From positions 201,486 through 265,485 of the forward strand of contig CAWFEX010000004.1 in NCBI GenBank assembly GCA_963814955.1: a DNA stretch of 64,000 nucleotides. The letters are read 5' to 3'. Below the pieces are notes generated by a model, which ran no database searches, had not been told where the DNA came from, and saw nothing but the letters and a program-made list of their open reading frames with translations. Position 1 is the stretch's first letter; every line of letters starts with the position of its first letter. The position numbers and the translations under genes are program-made. Source of the stretch: an uncultured Acidobacteriota bacterium. Lineage in GTDB: Bacteria > Acidobacteriota > Vicinamibacteria > Vicinamibacterales > UBA2999. Below are positions 1-10,533 of this stretch, one piece after another.

Positions 1-1578
1 TTGCCCACGTTCTACGGCGACACGGGTCTGTGGCTTGTGTCAACCGCCGAAACACTGCCGAGTGGCCGCTGGTCGTTCAGCGCATTCCGTGCAAACTGGG
101 ATCGGCGGCAAGGGTTAACCGACGTCAATCAGATAGGGCTCACAGGCGCGTACGGCATCGGTCGCCTCGAGCTGTTCGGATCGTGGCGCACGGTCCGGAT
201 CGATCGGGACGTCCGACCCACGTTCGTGCCTACCGAGCCCGTGTTTGGCGGCGTGTCGCAGGAATTTCCATACGTGCGCCGCGGGTGGTCAAAAACACTC
301 GGTGGCCCCGTCATTGTCGGCGGCAAATACAGTCTGGTGTCGCAATCGCGTGGCGACGCTGTCAGCCTGGCGCCGCGCGTCATGGTGAAGTTCCCCAGCG
401 GATCTTCATGGGCGAGCACGAACGACTGGGACGGTCATCTCGACCTGATTGTCAGCCGGGAATTCGCGCAGAATGTTGAACTCACAGGCATGGCAGGCGC
501 GGTGCTCCGGGGCGATCCGGACGAGTTCCGCGTGTCCGACGGCGTCACGTGGGGGCTCGGTGCCGCTATTCCCACGCGCACACCAATCCGCGCGCTGATC
601 GAATGGCACGGGGAGTTTGTCATCAAGGACAACACCACGCTGATCAACCCGCCTTACATCGCCGAAGACGGCAGCATTGCGCCGCTCCTCAGCCCAATCT
701 CCGATCCAACGAACGTGAAGGCCGGCGCTGTGTGGCAGTTCAGAAACGGGTTCTTCGTCCACGGTGGCGTCAACTACAGCTTCGGCACCGACGGTCGCAC
801 GGTCGGCGGGGTCGACATCGAACACAATTCGTTCGGCGCCGATATCCGCGTCGGCTGGCATCCCGGTGTCACGCCGCCGCGCCAGCGGGTACGCGTTATC
901 AAGGAAACGACCACAGTCACCAACACCGTGACCCCGCCGCCGCCAGCGGTGGTTGCGCCGCCGCCAAATCGCTCACCGTCGGTAACGGCAAGCTGCAATC
1001 CCTGCAGTGTGGAGCCGTCCGCGACGAGCAATCTGACGGCGACAGGTACTGATCCAGATGGCGATCCGCTGATGTACCAGTGGACGGCCCCGCAGGGAAC
1101 GTTCAGCAACGCGAACGCCCAGAACACGGTATGGACTGCGCCCAACCAGGAAGGCAACGTCCTGGCGACTGTGACGGCGCGGGACAACCGGGGTGGAACG
1201 GCAACCGGCAGCGTCAACCTGACGGTCGTGCGTCGCGCAACGATCATGTTCGAAGACGTGCACTTCGACTTCGATCGCTTCAGCCTGCGGCCTGATGCGT
1301 TGAAGATTCTCGACGATGCCATCGCAAAGCTTCAGGCAAACCCTGGCTTGAACGTCACCATTGAAGGGCATTGCGACAGCATCGGCACGGTTGAGTACAA
1401 CCTGGCGCTCGGCGAGCGACGCTCCAACTCGGTGCGCGACTACCTCGTGAGCCGCGGGATTGCGGCCGGGCGACTGCGGACGGTCAGCTATGGCGAAGAG
1501 CGGCCGGTTGGCGACAACAGTACAGCCGCAGGCCGTGCGATGAACCGCCGCGCGCATCTCGCCGTGATTATTCAGTAG
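1..1578 (+). CDS. OmpA-family outer-membrane protein (N-terminus may be cut by window edge)
   Basis: ORF runs from base 1. The C-terminal ~110 aa carry the OmpA_C peptidoglycan-binding signature (TIEGHCDSIGTVEYNLALGERRSNSVRDYL...GRAMNRRAHL). The central DPDGDPLMYQWTAP...VTARDNRGGTATGSVNLTV segment looks Ig/PKD-like. The N-terminal part is beta-strand rich. Confidence 0.85.
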   Translation: MPTFYGDTGLWLVSTAETLPSGRWSFSAFRANWDRRQGLTDVNQIGLTGAYGIGRLELFGSWRTVRIDRDVRPTFVPTEPVFGGVSQEFPYVRRGWSKTLGGPVIVGGKYSLVSQSRGDAVSLAPRVMVKFPSGSSWASTNDWDGHLDLIVSREFAQNVELTGMAGAVLRGDPDEFRVSDGVTWGLGAAIPTRTPIRALIEWHGEFVIKDNTTLINPPYIAEDGSIAPLLSPISDPTNVKAGAVWQFRNGFFVHGGVNYSFGTDGRTVGGVDIEHNSFGADIRVGWHPGVTPPRQRVRVIKETTTVTNTVTPPPPAVVAPPPNRSPSVTASCNPCSVEPSATSNLTATGTDPDGDPLMYQWTAPQGTFSNANAQNTVWTAPNQEGNVLATVTARDNRGGTATGSVNLTVVRRATIMFEDVHFDFDRFSLRPDALKILDDAIAKLQANPGLNVTIEGHCDSIGTVEYNLALGERRSNSVRDYLVSRGIAAGRLRTVSYGEERPVGDNSTAAGRAMNRRAHLAVIIQ

Positions 1579-1635
1579 GGGTGTGTAAGCCGACGGTCAA
1601 AGGATAAGGGCCGACAGGGCAAAGTTAGTACGTGA

Positions 1636-1680
1636 GGGTGAGGTGCAGGCGGCGGTTGCCGCATGCCTCACCCTTTTTTT
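1636..1680 (+). terminator. Rho-independent terminator after the OmpA-family gene
   Basis: GGGTGAGG (1636-1643) pairs with CCTCACCC (1666-1673), with an inner GC helix, followed by T7 (1674-1680). It lies 58 nt after the stop codon. Confidence 0.7.
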
Positions 1681-1713
1681 CTGCCGGCATTCGTCGTGCT
1701 TGTCAGGCGCCCC

Positions 1714-1905
1714 ATGGGGTGGCTCACTGTCTATCTTGCCGGCTATTTCATGCTTCTAGGGGGCGCAGCGTGGGCGCTCTGGCACTCGGGAATTCTCGCG
1801 CAGATTCCGGGTGTCTGGATTGCGGTCGCGTCGCTCGTCGCCGTGTGGCCGGCGCTCATGCTGGCCGTGGTTTCGCGCCGGCCTGCCTCACCGACACGCA
1901 GCTGA
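1714..1905 (+). CDS. small two-helix membrane protein, hypothetical
   Basis: ATG at 1714 inside ORF 1663..1905. Two hydrophobic stretches are present (WLTVYLAGYFMLLGGAAWALW and VWIAVASLVAVWPALMLAVV), and third-position GC is high. The ATG at 1663 lies inside the terminator stem, so the later start is preferred. Confidence 0.3.
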   Translation: MGWLTVYLAGYFMLLGGAAWALWHSGILAQIPGVWIAVASLVAVWPALMLAVVSRRPASPTRS

Positions 1906-1971
1906 TCCGTTTTCCCGCCAGTTCGGGCGGTGCCGGCCCGCTGGCACGCTGTGTGTTACTGCTGGGACCGG

Positions 1972-3846
1972 ATGGCCGCCAAATCCCGTATCCTGCGGCT
2001 TCTTCTTTTCGCGGTTGCCATCAGTGGAGGCGCGTGCCGCCCTGAGGGTGACGTCGAAATCGCGGCCCTCGACTTCGACGGCGTCGTACAGGTTGATGAA
2101 GGTGCGTTGAAGAACGTCCTCCAGACGCGACGCGGCTCGCGGATCCCATGGGGACGGAAACGATACTTCGATCGGCGCGCGTTCGATGCGGACCTCAAAC
2201 GCATCGAGGTCTTCTATCGCGACCGTGGTTTTCCTGACGCGCGCGTCGCGTCGTTCAACGTCGCGCTGAACGACGCACAAGACAAAGTTTCCATCACTGT
2301 CAACATTACGGAAGGAGAGCCCATCCGTGTGGTCGCGGTCGAGCTGTCGGGCTTCGACGTGCTGTCTGAAGCCGACCGTCGCCGGTTGCAGGAATCGGTC
2401 GGGCTGCGCGTCGATGCTCCACTCGATCGATTGATCGCTCGGGCAGCCCGTGAACGGGCGCTGAACGAACTGCGAGACCACGGCTACCCCTACGCGGACG
2501 TCACGATCGGAGAGGAAGAGGCAGGCCCGCGGCAGCGGCGTCTGGTGTTTCACGCCGTGCCCGGCATTCTTGCCCGGTTCGGACCAATCGCAATAGATGG
2601 ACAGATGAGCGTGAGCGAGAACGTGATCCGGCGTCAGCTCACATTCGAGCCCGGCGATGTCTACTCGCGCCGGGAGATGCGCGAAAGCCAGCGAAAGCTC
2701 TATGGTCTCGAGCTTTTTGAGTTCGCCAATGTCGAGTCGGGCGAAAAAGAGGTGCGTGACGTACCTGACGTACCGGTACGCGTCGCCGTTGCCGAGGCCA
2801 AGCATCAGAAGGTCACATTCGGTGTGGGGTACGGCACGGAGGAGCAGGCACGGGCCCGCATCCGGTGGGACCACCTCAATTTCCTCGGCGATGCACGGCA
2901 CGCCGGTTTCGAGGGGAAGTGGTCGTCGCTGGACCGCGGCGTGCGCGCCGAGTATCGCGAACCGTTCTTTCTCAGTTCGCATTTCTCGCTCAACTTCGAC
3001 GGACAGGCGTGGCAGGCGGAGGAGCCCGTGTACTCGCTCGACACGCTTGGCGGTCGCTTCACGCTGCGGCATCAGGCAAATGCGCAGAACGTCTGGTCCA
3101 TTTCATTCAGCAACGAGTTCCAGCGCAGTTCGGTGACTCCCGAGGCCCTGGAAGACTTTTCAATTCGCGACGAACTCATTGCGCTCGGGCTGGACCCCAC
3201 CGACGGCGAGTTCACGGGAACCACGACCGCGATTGCGTTGGAAGCGAGTCGCACCACCGCTGACAACCTGCTCGATGCCCGCACCGGTTATGTCCTGACC
3301 GGCGGCATCGAACAGGCGGGCGGGTGGTTGCCCGGGACGTCGAATTACTGGTCGGTAAACGGCGAAGGCCGCCATTACCTGCCTGTCGGTCGAAGAATGG
3401 TCGTGGCGAACAGGCTTCGCGTCAGCACCATCGACGCTCTTGGAGACCTCCAGCGCAGCGTGCCTTTCTACAAGCGGTATTTTCTCGGCGGCGCAACGAG
3501 CCTCCGCGGGTGGGGCCGTTTCGAGGTGGGACCGATCAGCGGCTTTGGCCTGCCGATTGGCGGCCACTCCATGCTTGAAGGGTCCTCCGAGGTCCGCCTG
3601 CCGCTCTGGGGCAAGCTCGGTGGCGTCGTGTTTCTGGACTACGGCAATGTCTGGTCTCGTTCGTGGGAGTTCAATCTCAACGATCTTCGTTATTCAGTAG
3701 GACCAGGCCTTCGATACATGACGCCGATAGGCCCCGCTCGCGTCGATTTCGGATTCCAGCTCAATCCAATCGATAACCTCCTGGTGAATGGCGAACCGGA
3801 GCCGCGGCACTGGCGAGTGCATTTCAGTATCGGTCAGGCGTTCTAG
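1972..3846 (+). CDS. tamA: Omp85/TamA-family outer-membrane protein (POTRA repeats plus surface-antigen beta-barrel)
   Basis: ORF 1930..3846. A signal-peptide-like start, MAAKSRILRLLLFAVAISGGA, begins at ATG 1972. POTRA-like repeats are present (FYRDRGFPDARV, LRDHGYPYADV). The C-terminal barrel ends ...WRVHFSIGQAF. The gene lies immediately upstream of a TamB-like gene. Confidence 0.85.
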   Translation: MAAKSRILRLLLFAVAISGGACRPEGDVEIAALDFDGVVQVDEGALKNVLQTRRGSRIPWGRKRYFDRRAFDADLKRIEVFYRDRGFPDARVASFNVALNDAQDKVSITVNITEGEPIRVVAVELSGFDVLSEADRRRLQESVGLRVDAPLDRLIARAARERALNELRDHGYPYADVTIGEEEAGPRQRRLVFHAVPGILARFGPIAIDGQMSVSENVIRRQLTFEPGDVYSRREMRESQRKLYGLELFEFANVESGEKEVRDVPDVPVRVAVAEAKHQKVTFGVGYGTEEQARARIRWDHLNFLGDARHAGFEGKWSSLDRGVRAEYREPFFLSSHFSLNFDGQAWQAEEPVYSLDTLGGRFTLRHQANAQNVWSISFSNEFQRSSVTPEALEDFSIRDELIALGLDPTDGEFTGTTTAIALEASRTTADNLLDARTGYVLTGGIEQAGGWLPGTSNYWSVNGEGRHYLPVGRRMVVANRLRVSTIDALGDLQRSVPFYKRYFLGGATSLRGWGRFEVGPISGFGLPIGGHSMLEGSSEVRLPLWGKLGGVVFLDYGNVWSRSWEFNLNDLRYSVGPGLRYMTPIGPARVDFGFQLNPIDNLLVNGEPEPRHWRVHFSIGQAF

Positions 3847-3968
3847 TGGACGACTACTGGTATGTCCTTGATGAATTACTACCGGCCGCTCCGTTGTCGC
3901 GGCCGCGAAATCGTGCTCGAAGGCTGGTTGTGACGGGTACTGCTTCAGCTCATCCGCCACACTAAATC

Positions 3969-6900
3969 ATGTCATTCGCTCGTCGAACCCTTCAGGTCCT
4001 TGCCTTCATCTGCACGCTGCTGATCGGCGCGGCGGCGATGGCGATCGTCGTGGCACAGACCACGTGGTTCAAGGAATGGACGCGGACGTTCATCGTTCGC
4101 CAGGCGGCCCGCTACGTAAACGGCGATCTGTCGATCGGCCGACTTGATGGAAATCTGCTCTTCGGAGTGGAGCTCGAAAACATCGGCGTGACGATGGACG
4201 GCAAGACGGTGGTCGACATCAAAGACGTCGGTCTCGATTACAACGTTTTCACGCTTCTGTCCGGAGATGTCGTGCTGGACGACATCCGTCTGAATCAGCC
4301 GGTTTTCCATCTCGAAAAAGAAAATGGGGAATGGAACCTCGCGCATTTGATCAGGGCCAGGACTCCAGATCAGCCGCGCCGCCGCCGGCCGATCGAAATC
4401 GGTGAAATCGGCATCAGCGACGCCACCCTCTACGTTGAAGAACGAGATCGGCCGATCGGCACGTCCGGTGTAGCAGTGCCAACCCGCATCGGCAAGCTCG
4501 ATGCGTCGATTGGCATCAAGAGCGACGAAGATGCGCTGACGATCGACATCGCACATTTGTCTTTGCGCGCGGAAGCTCCCAACCTTGGCATCAACGCGCT
4601 CTCTGGTGTGATTATCCGGACGGCTGACGCCGTGACGTTCGAGAACGTGTCCCTGCGGACGGAAGAAAGCTCGCTCCGCGTGAACGGCGTTGTCAGGACG
4701 TCTGATGGCGGCAGACCGACGATCGACGTGGACGCATCATCCGACAAGCTCACGACGGAGGAGATCGGGCGGGTTATCCCGGCGCTGCGGGGCTACGGAC
4801 TGCAGCCCGCGTTCGAGATTTCGGCGCGCGGGCCTCTCGACCGTCTGTCAGTGCACGTCAACACGCGAGAAGCGGCGCTTGGCAACGTGACCGCCGAGCT
4901 GGAAGTCGACGCGGACGGTCCCGATCGCCGGGTTGCGGGAACAGTGTCGATGGCGAATTTCAACTTCGCGCCGTTGACACAGCGTCGGAACGGCCGTGCG
5001 AACACATTCGCCAGTAACGTCACAGGGGAAGCCCGCATCGATCTTGCGCTCCCGAAGGAGCGTGCGCCGCTTCGGGGCACGTACAGTTCTGAAAGCGGGA
5101 CGCGTACAGCGTGGCCGGCTACGATGCCCGAAATGTCGTCGCGCGCGGGCGCATCGATGGACGGACCATTCAGGTAGACGGAACGGCGAATGCGTACGGT
5201 GGCCGCGCATCCACCAAAGGTACTTTCGTCGCCGCGCTGCCGGTTTCATTGGATCTGACGGGCCGGGCCGAGAGCGTTGATCTGCGAAACCTGCCCCCGA
5301 ACCTCAGGATTCCGGAAGCGCCGAGCGACTTGCAGTTCAACTACACGCTTCACGCGCGGAACGGCGTGTACACAACAGACGCACAGTTCGACGCGTCAAC
5401 AGTCGCAGGGGCGTCGATCGCTCCCGGGACGACCGGTCAGCTCACGATCGGTGGCGGCGCTCCTTCCTATGCCGCACGTGGTGACGTCACGAATCTCGAT
5501 CTTCAGCAGATTGGCCAGGGATTCGCCGTACGGGTACTCACGGAAGAGCGTTTCCGCAGTCGCGTCAATGGGACGTTCGACGTGAAAGGGAGCGGCGGCG
5601 GCCGCTATCCTCTGGCAATCGATGCAACCGGCACTGCCGTGGACTCCGAGCTGTTCGGCACCACATTTCCACGCCTCGAATTTTCCACGCAGCTTGGAGG
5701 CGGTGACCTTCGCGCGCATACGACCGGAGAATTCTCCGGCCTCAATCCTGCCGTGGTGCTGGACCAGAAAAGGGTCGCCGGCGATCTCAGCGGCACGCTG
5801 GACGTCGATACCACCATTCGCGCCATCGCGTCAGGAATGACATTCGATTCCGTTGATGCTTCCGGACGTGTCGACCTGATGAATTCAACGATTGCCGAGC
5901 TGGCAATCGATCGGGCGTCCGTCGAAGGGACGTATGCGCAGCGCGAGGCGCAACTGACGGGTTTCGAGATTGCCGGCCCAGATCTGACGGCGAAAGGCCA
6001 GGGCGCCTTGGCGCTGAACGATACCGGCGCATCCAACTTGACAGCACATGTTGAGAGTCCTTCGCTCGAAAAAATCGGCACCATGATCGACCGACCGCTC
6101 AAGGGCGCGGTAATTATCGATGCAACGGTGACCGGCAACGCCGGCGAGCTCCGTGCTCAGGGGATGCTGCAGGGGAGCAACATCGCATACGGGGACACCA
6201 GCGCGCTGAGTCTGGCCAGCACGCTTGATGTGACCGTACCGGACCTTGCTGTCGGCGGCGCGTCGATCAAGGCAAAGAGCACCGCCACCTTCGTCGAAGT
6301 TGGCGGTCAGAGCATCCGCGAGTTAACGGCCGAAACCACGTACTCGAAATCGCAGCTGGAATTCGACGCGGTGGCACAGGAAGGTCCGCGGGAGCTGGCG
6401 GCGGCGGGCACGCTGACCCTGCATCCCGACCACCAGGAAGTGCACCTGGGGAACGTGGCGTTGCGGGCCGAACAGATCGAATGGCGCACCGTTCCCGGGA
6501 CGGCTGCGGCGGTGCGATACGGTGGCGATCGGGTGGAGATCGAGAATCTTCAACTCGCAAGCGGCGACCAGCGGATCGAGGCCGATGGCGTTGTCGGGTC
6601 GTCGACCGAGGTGCTCCGGGTGCGCGCGCAGAATGTCGATGTGTCTCAGCTCGATCAGCTGATGCTCGGCAACCGGCAAATCAGCGGACAACTGAATGCC
6701 AATGCCTCGATATCGGGCCCTCTCGATGCCCCGCGTGCCGAGGGCGAGTTTACGCTCGCGCCGGGCGCCTTCCGTCAATTCACGTTCGATTCGCTGGCAG
6801 GCAAGGTGGACTACGTTCGCCAGGGCGTGAATCTGGACGTCCGGCTGCAGCAGTCGCCGCAGGAGTGGGTGACGGCGACAGGCTATGCGCCGTTGTCGCT

Positions 6901-8347
6901 GTTCCGGCCCAACCTCGCGGGCGTCGAAGGGCACGAAACACCGGGAGCGGGCGAGGGAATCGAGCTCCAAGTCTCGAGCAGCCAGATCGATCTCGGTGTC
7001 ATCCAGGGGTTCACGTCATATGTCACCGACGTGACCGGGGCCCTGCAGGCGAACGTCAAGGTGACTGGAACGGGCCACGACCCCCACTTCGACGGTATCG
7101 TGGACATTCGCGGGGGCGCCTTTTCCGTGCCCGATCTCGGGACGGCCTACACGGGACTCGATACCCGCGTCGAACTGACCACCGACGCAGTCTCCATCAG
7201 CGAGATGAAACTCGTCGACGAGCATAAACAGGTGATGACCATCGGCGGCATGCTGGGCGTGCACGAACGCACGGTCGGTGCCGTCGACGTCAAGATCCAA
7301 TCAGAAAATTTCGAGGTGGTCGACAACGAGCTTGCCGATCTGAAGCTCGACACCGATATACGCGTCACCGGTGAGCTTCGTGCCCCGCGCATCGAGGGGT
7401 TCGTCGAAGTCGAGACAGGCAGCATCGACGCAGCCAGAGTGCTCGAACAGGCGACCGCAAACCCGTACGATACCGAGGTTGCGGACCTGAATACGGGCCA
7501 GCCTGAGCCCGAGCGCGCGGCTTCGACACCACCGGAGCCGTCGATTTTCGACCGCATCGATCTGGAAGTGGGCGTCGCCGTTCCAGGCAGCCTGTCGATA
7601 CGGGGCACAGACCTGCGCCCGGCGAACGCCCCGATTGATATCGGTGACCTGAACGTCACGGTCGGCGGCGTCTTGCAGGTTCGGAAGCCCCGTGGCGCGC
7701 GGCCTCAGCTGATCGGTGAGGTCAACACGATTCGCGGGAACTACTCGTTCCAGGGCCGCCGATTCGAAATCATGCGCGACGGGCGGATCAGATTTGGCGG
7801 AACCGACGAGATCGATCCACTCGTAGACCTGCGCGCGCGACGAGTCATCTCCGGCGTCGAGACGTTCGTTCGCGTAACGGGATCGATGAGGCAACCGGAG
7901 CTGACGTTCACGAGTCAGCCGCCACTCGATCAGGCGGACATCCTCTCGCTCATCGTCTTCAATGTGCCGATCAACGAGCTTGGCGAGGGGCAGCAGATCT
8001 CGCTTGCCGAGCGCGCGGGGGCACTGGCAGGGGGATACCTCGTGTCCGGTCTGACGGAGTCACTGGCCTCTGCACTCGAGCTGGACGAGCTGGAGTTCCA
8101 GACACAGGGCGAACAGGGGTTTGGACCTAGTCTGAGCATTGGAGAACAGGTAGGGGAGAAGCTCTTTGTCCGGATCAGGCAGGGCTTCGGCGCCGCGGAA
8201 GCAACGGAATTCATTCTGGAATACCAGGTTGCCGAATACCTGCGCCTGCAGGGCTCCGCCGCCGAGACATCGAGCGGCACGCAGCGCGTGACGTTCCGGC
8301 GCGTGGAGCGCGGTGGCCTCGATTTGATCTTTTTCTTCAGTTATTGA
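3969..8347 (+). CDS. tamB: TamB-like translocation/assembly module protein (DUF490 C-terminus); frame broken near 5093-5110
   Basis: ORF pieces 3969..5177 and 5111..8347 lie in different frames. The N-terminal TM anchor is LQVLAFICTLLIGAAAMAIVVAQ. The C-terminus (SLSIGEQVGEKLFVRIRQGFG...ILEYQVAEYLRLQG...DLIFFFSY) is typical of TamB. The tail of piece 1 after ...LRGTYSSE reads as junk. Confidence 0.8.
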
Positions 8348-8397
8348 CCGGAGACCTGAAGGTCTCCGGCTACCGTTTGGTCCGGCTGAAGCCGGAC
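8348..8397. repeat. two REP-like GC hairpins between convergent genes
   Basis: The first is CCGGAGACC-TGAA-GGTCTCCGG (8348-8369). The second is GTCCGGC-TGAA-GCCGGAC (8380-8397). The second recurs at 33481 and 60830. The first resembles the hairpin at 12842 and shares the trailing CTCCGGCTACC. Confidence 0.75.
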
Positions 8398-8398
8398 A

Positions 8399-10429
8399 CT
8401 ACGTACTGTGCTGCGGCGCGCGTTCGACCTGTACACGGGCGTCGTTGAAACACGCTCCGCCCCCGATGTCCGTCAGCGAATCGGGCACCAGCGCGTTCGT
8501 CGTGTGTCCATTGGCCGTGTGCTTGCGCCACAGCCCCTTCGGCAGCGACACCGTTCCAGGCCGAATCCAGGCGCCTACCGAAAGGTTGCAACGGACCTCG
8601 CCGAGTGCATTGAACATTCGAATGGCATCGCCATCCGAAAGCCCCCGAGCGGCCGCATCGTCGGGATGCATGAGAAGGCGGACCTCGGGCCTCGGCAGCT
8701 CGGCGAGGGTGGAGCTGATCGTTCGTTCGCTGGCCGGCGAAATCAGGGTGAGCGGAAATTCCGCCGTGCCTGGATCGGCCTGATAGCCGTACAGCCCCAG
8801 AGGCGCCTCGGCGTCGAGCGCCTCCGGGAAGAGGTCGACCTTGCGGTCCGGCGTCAATGGCCACACATCGCGGAACTGAACCGGCCGGCCGCCGTATGGA
8901 GGCGTTGCCGCGCCACGGTCGCTGAGCTCGCCTCCGATCGGCTGCGGCAATTGCGCCAGCACGGCGAGCATTTCCTCGAGCTCACCGCGCGGGTCATCGT
9001 CGTGGCGCAATTCGAGCCGTTCGAGAAGGTCTCCGAACACCTCCGCGTTCGATCGTGACTCGCCTGCTCCCTCCACGACTGGTTTCCCCAGACGAAGGCT
9101 GATCGGCCCGTAGCTGCGCGCGATCTCATAACCTTCCAGAAACGTGGTCGCCGGGAGCACCACGTCGGCGTACCGGGCAGTATCGGTCATGACCTGCTCG
9201 AAGACGACGGTGAACAAGTCGTCGCGTTCGAGATTGCGCAGGATCCGCCGCTGATCCGGGGTCGTCACGGCGGCGTTGCTGTTGTAGACGAAAAGCACCT
9301 TTATCGGAGGATTGCTGTCCTCGAGCGCTCGTCCAAGCCGATTCATGTTGATCGTGCGCGTGGGCGGCTCGTCGCTGCCGATCCACGTACGCGTGATTCC
9401 CCACGATGCCGAGTTGCTCATCGTGTATCCGCCGCCGCGCACGCCGAATTTGCCGGCGACGGCGGGAAGCGCGAGGATGGCCAGCGATGCACTGCCGCCA
9501 TTGCGATTGCGCTCCTGTCCCCATCCGCATCGGATAATCGCCGGACTTGTAGTGGCATATGTTTCCGCAGCCGCTCGGAGAGCAGCGGAATCGACGCCCG
9601 CTTCAGCGGCTGCGCGCTCGAAGGTCCACGGCTGCGCGCGCTCGCGAAGCCGCTCGGCCCCGCGCGCGTTCGCTGCGAGAAAGGCGGTGTCCGCGTAACC
9701 CTCTTCGAACAGGTAGCGGTGGATAGCCAGCGCGACCGGAAGGTCCGTACCCGGACGAACGGCAAGGTGAATGTCGGCCCGCTTGGCGAGGGGCGTCGTG
9801 CGCGGATCGACGACGATCAGTCGCGCGCCGCGGCGCTGTGCTTCGCGGATGTACGGCACGAGATGGATGCCGGACGCTGACGGATTGGCGCCCCAGATGA
9901 CGATGACCTTCGCCTCGGGGAAATCCTCGTAAGCGACCGACGGCATCTTGCCGTAGAGCGCCATGTTTGCCGCACCAGTCGGCGCTGCGCACACGGTGCG
10001 CGCCAGACGCGACGCGCCAAGGCGGCGAAACAACGTAGCGTCACTCGTGTCCTGCGTCAGCAGGCCATTCGAGCCGCCGTACGAATAGGGAAGGATCGAC
10101 TCGCCACCCCAGTTGTTGCGCGCTTCCCTGATGCGATCGGCAGCAACGGCCAGCGCTTCATCCCACGATACGCGCTTGAAGCTGCCGGCACCCTTGGGCC
10201 CCTTCCGCACCGCCGGATACAGCAAGCGGTCGGGCCCGTACTGCCGTTCCCCGAATCGGCGCACCTTCGCGCAAATGTAGCCATCGGTGACCGGATTTTC
10301 GCGGGATCCGTCGATTGCGGTAATACGGCCGTCCTCGACGGTGACCTCCAGACTGCACGAGTCGGGGCAGTCGAGCGGGCACACGGTGGTGACGGTGTGA
10401 TCTGTTGTGGCCGCGGTTACAGTTTTCAT
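8399..10429 (-). CDS. molybdopterin (bis-MGD) oxidoreductase family protein
   Basis: ORF 8399..10507. The likely start is MKTVTAATTDHTVTTVCPLDCPDSCSLEV at 10429, which carries an N-terminal CX3CX3C Fe-S motif. The rest has COG0243-type molybdopterin and C-terminal beta-barrel regions. Confidence 0.8.
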   Translation of the reverse strand: MKTVTAATTDHTVTTVCPLDCPDSCSLEVTVEDGRITAIDGSRENPVTDGYICAKVRRFGERQYGPDRLLYPAVRKGPKGAGSFKRVSWDEALAVAADRIREARNNWGGESILPYSYGGSNGLLTQDTSDATLFRRLGASRLARTVCAAPTGAANMALYGKMPSVAYEDFPEAKVIVIWGANPSASGIHLVPYIREAQRRGARLIVVDPRTTPLAKRADIHLAVRPGTDLPVALAIHRYLFEEGYADTAFLAANARGAERLRERAQPWTFERAAAEAGVDSAALRAAAETYATTSPAIIRCGWGQERNRNGGSASLAILALPAVAGKFGVRGGGYTMSNSASWGITRTWIGSDEPPTRTINMNRLGRALEDSNPPIKVLFVYNSNAAVTTPDQRRILRNLERDDLFTVVFEQVMTDTARYADVVLPATTFLEGYEIARSYGPISLRLGKPVVEGAGESRSNAEVFGDLLERLELRHDDDPRGELEEMLAVLAQLPQPIGGELSDRGAATPPYGGRPVQFRDVWPLTPDRKVDLFPEALDAEAPLGLYGYQADPGTAEFPLTLISPASERTISSTLAELPRPEVRLLMHPDDAAARGLSDGDAIRMFNALGEVRCNLSVGAWIRPGTVSLPKGLWRKHTANGHTTNALVPDSLTDIGGGACFNDARVQVERAPQHST

Positions 10430-10533
10430 CGCACCTGGTCCAGTACGTCGAGCGGGTTCCACGACGTGCCCGCCGCAGCTTTGGCGGAGGGGGAGCGGAC
10501 CCGCCAATCAGTGTACATTGCGACGACGTGAGA

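Noticed and set aside
1663-1713. ATG 1663 as the start of the small membrane ORF.
   Set aside because: That ATG lies within the 3' arm of the terminator stem following the OmpA-family gene. The in-frame ATG at 1714 is more plausible if the ORF is real.
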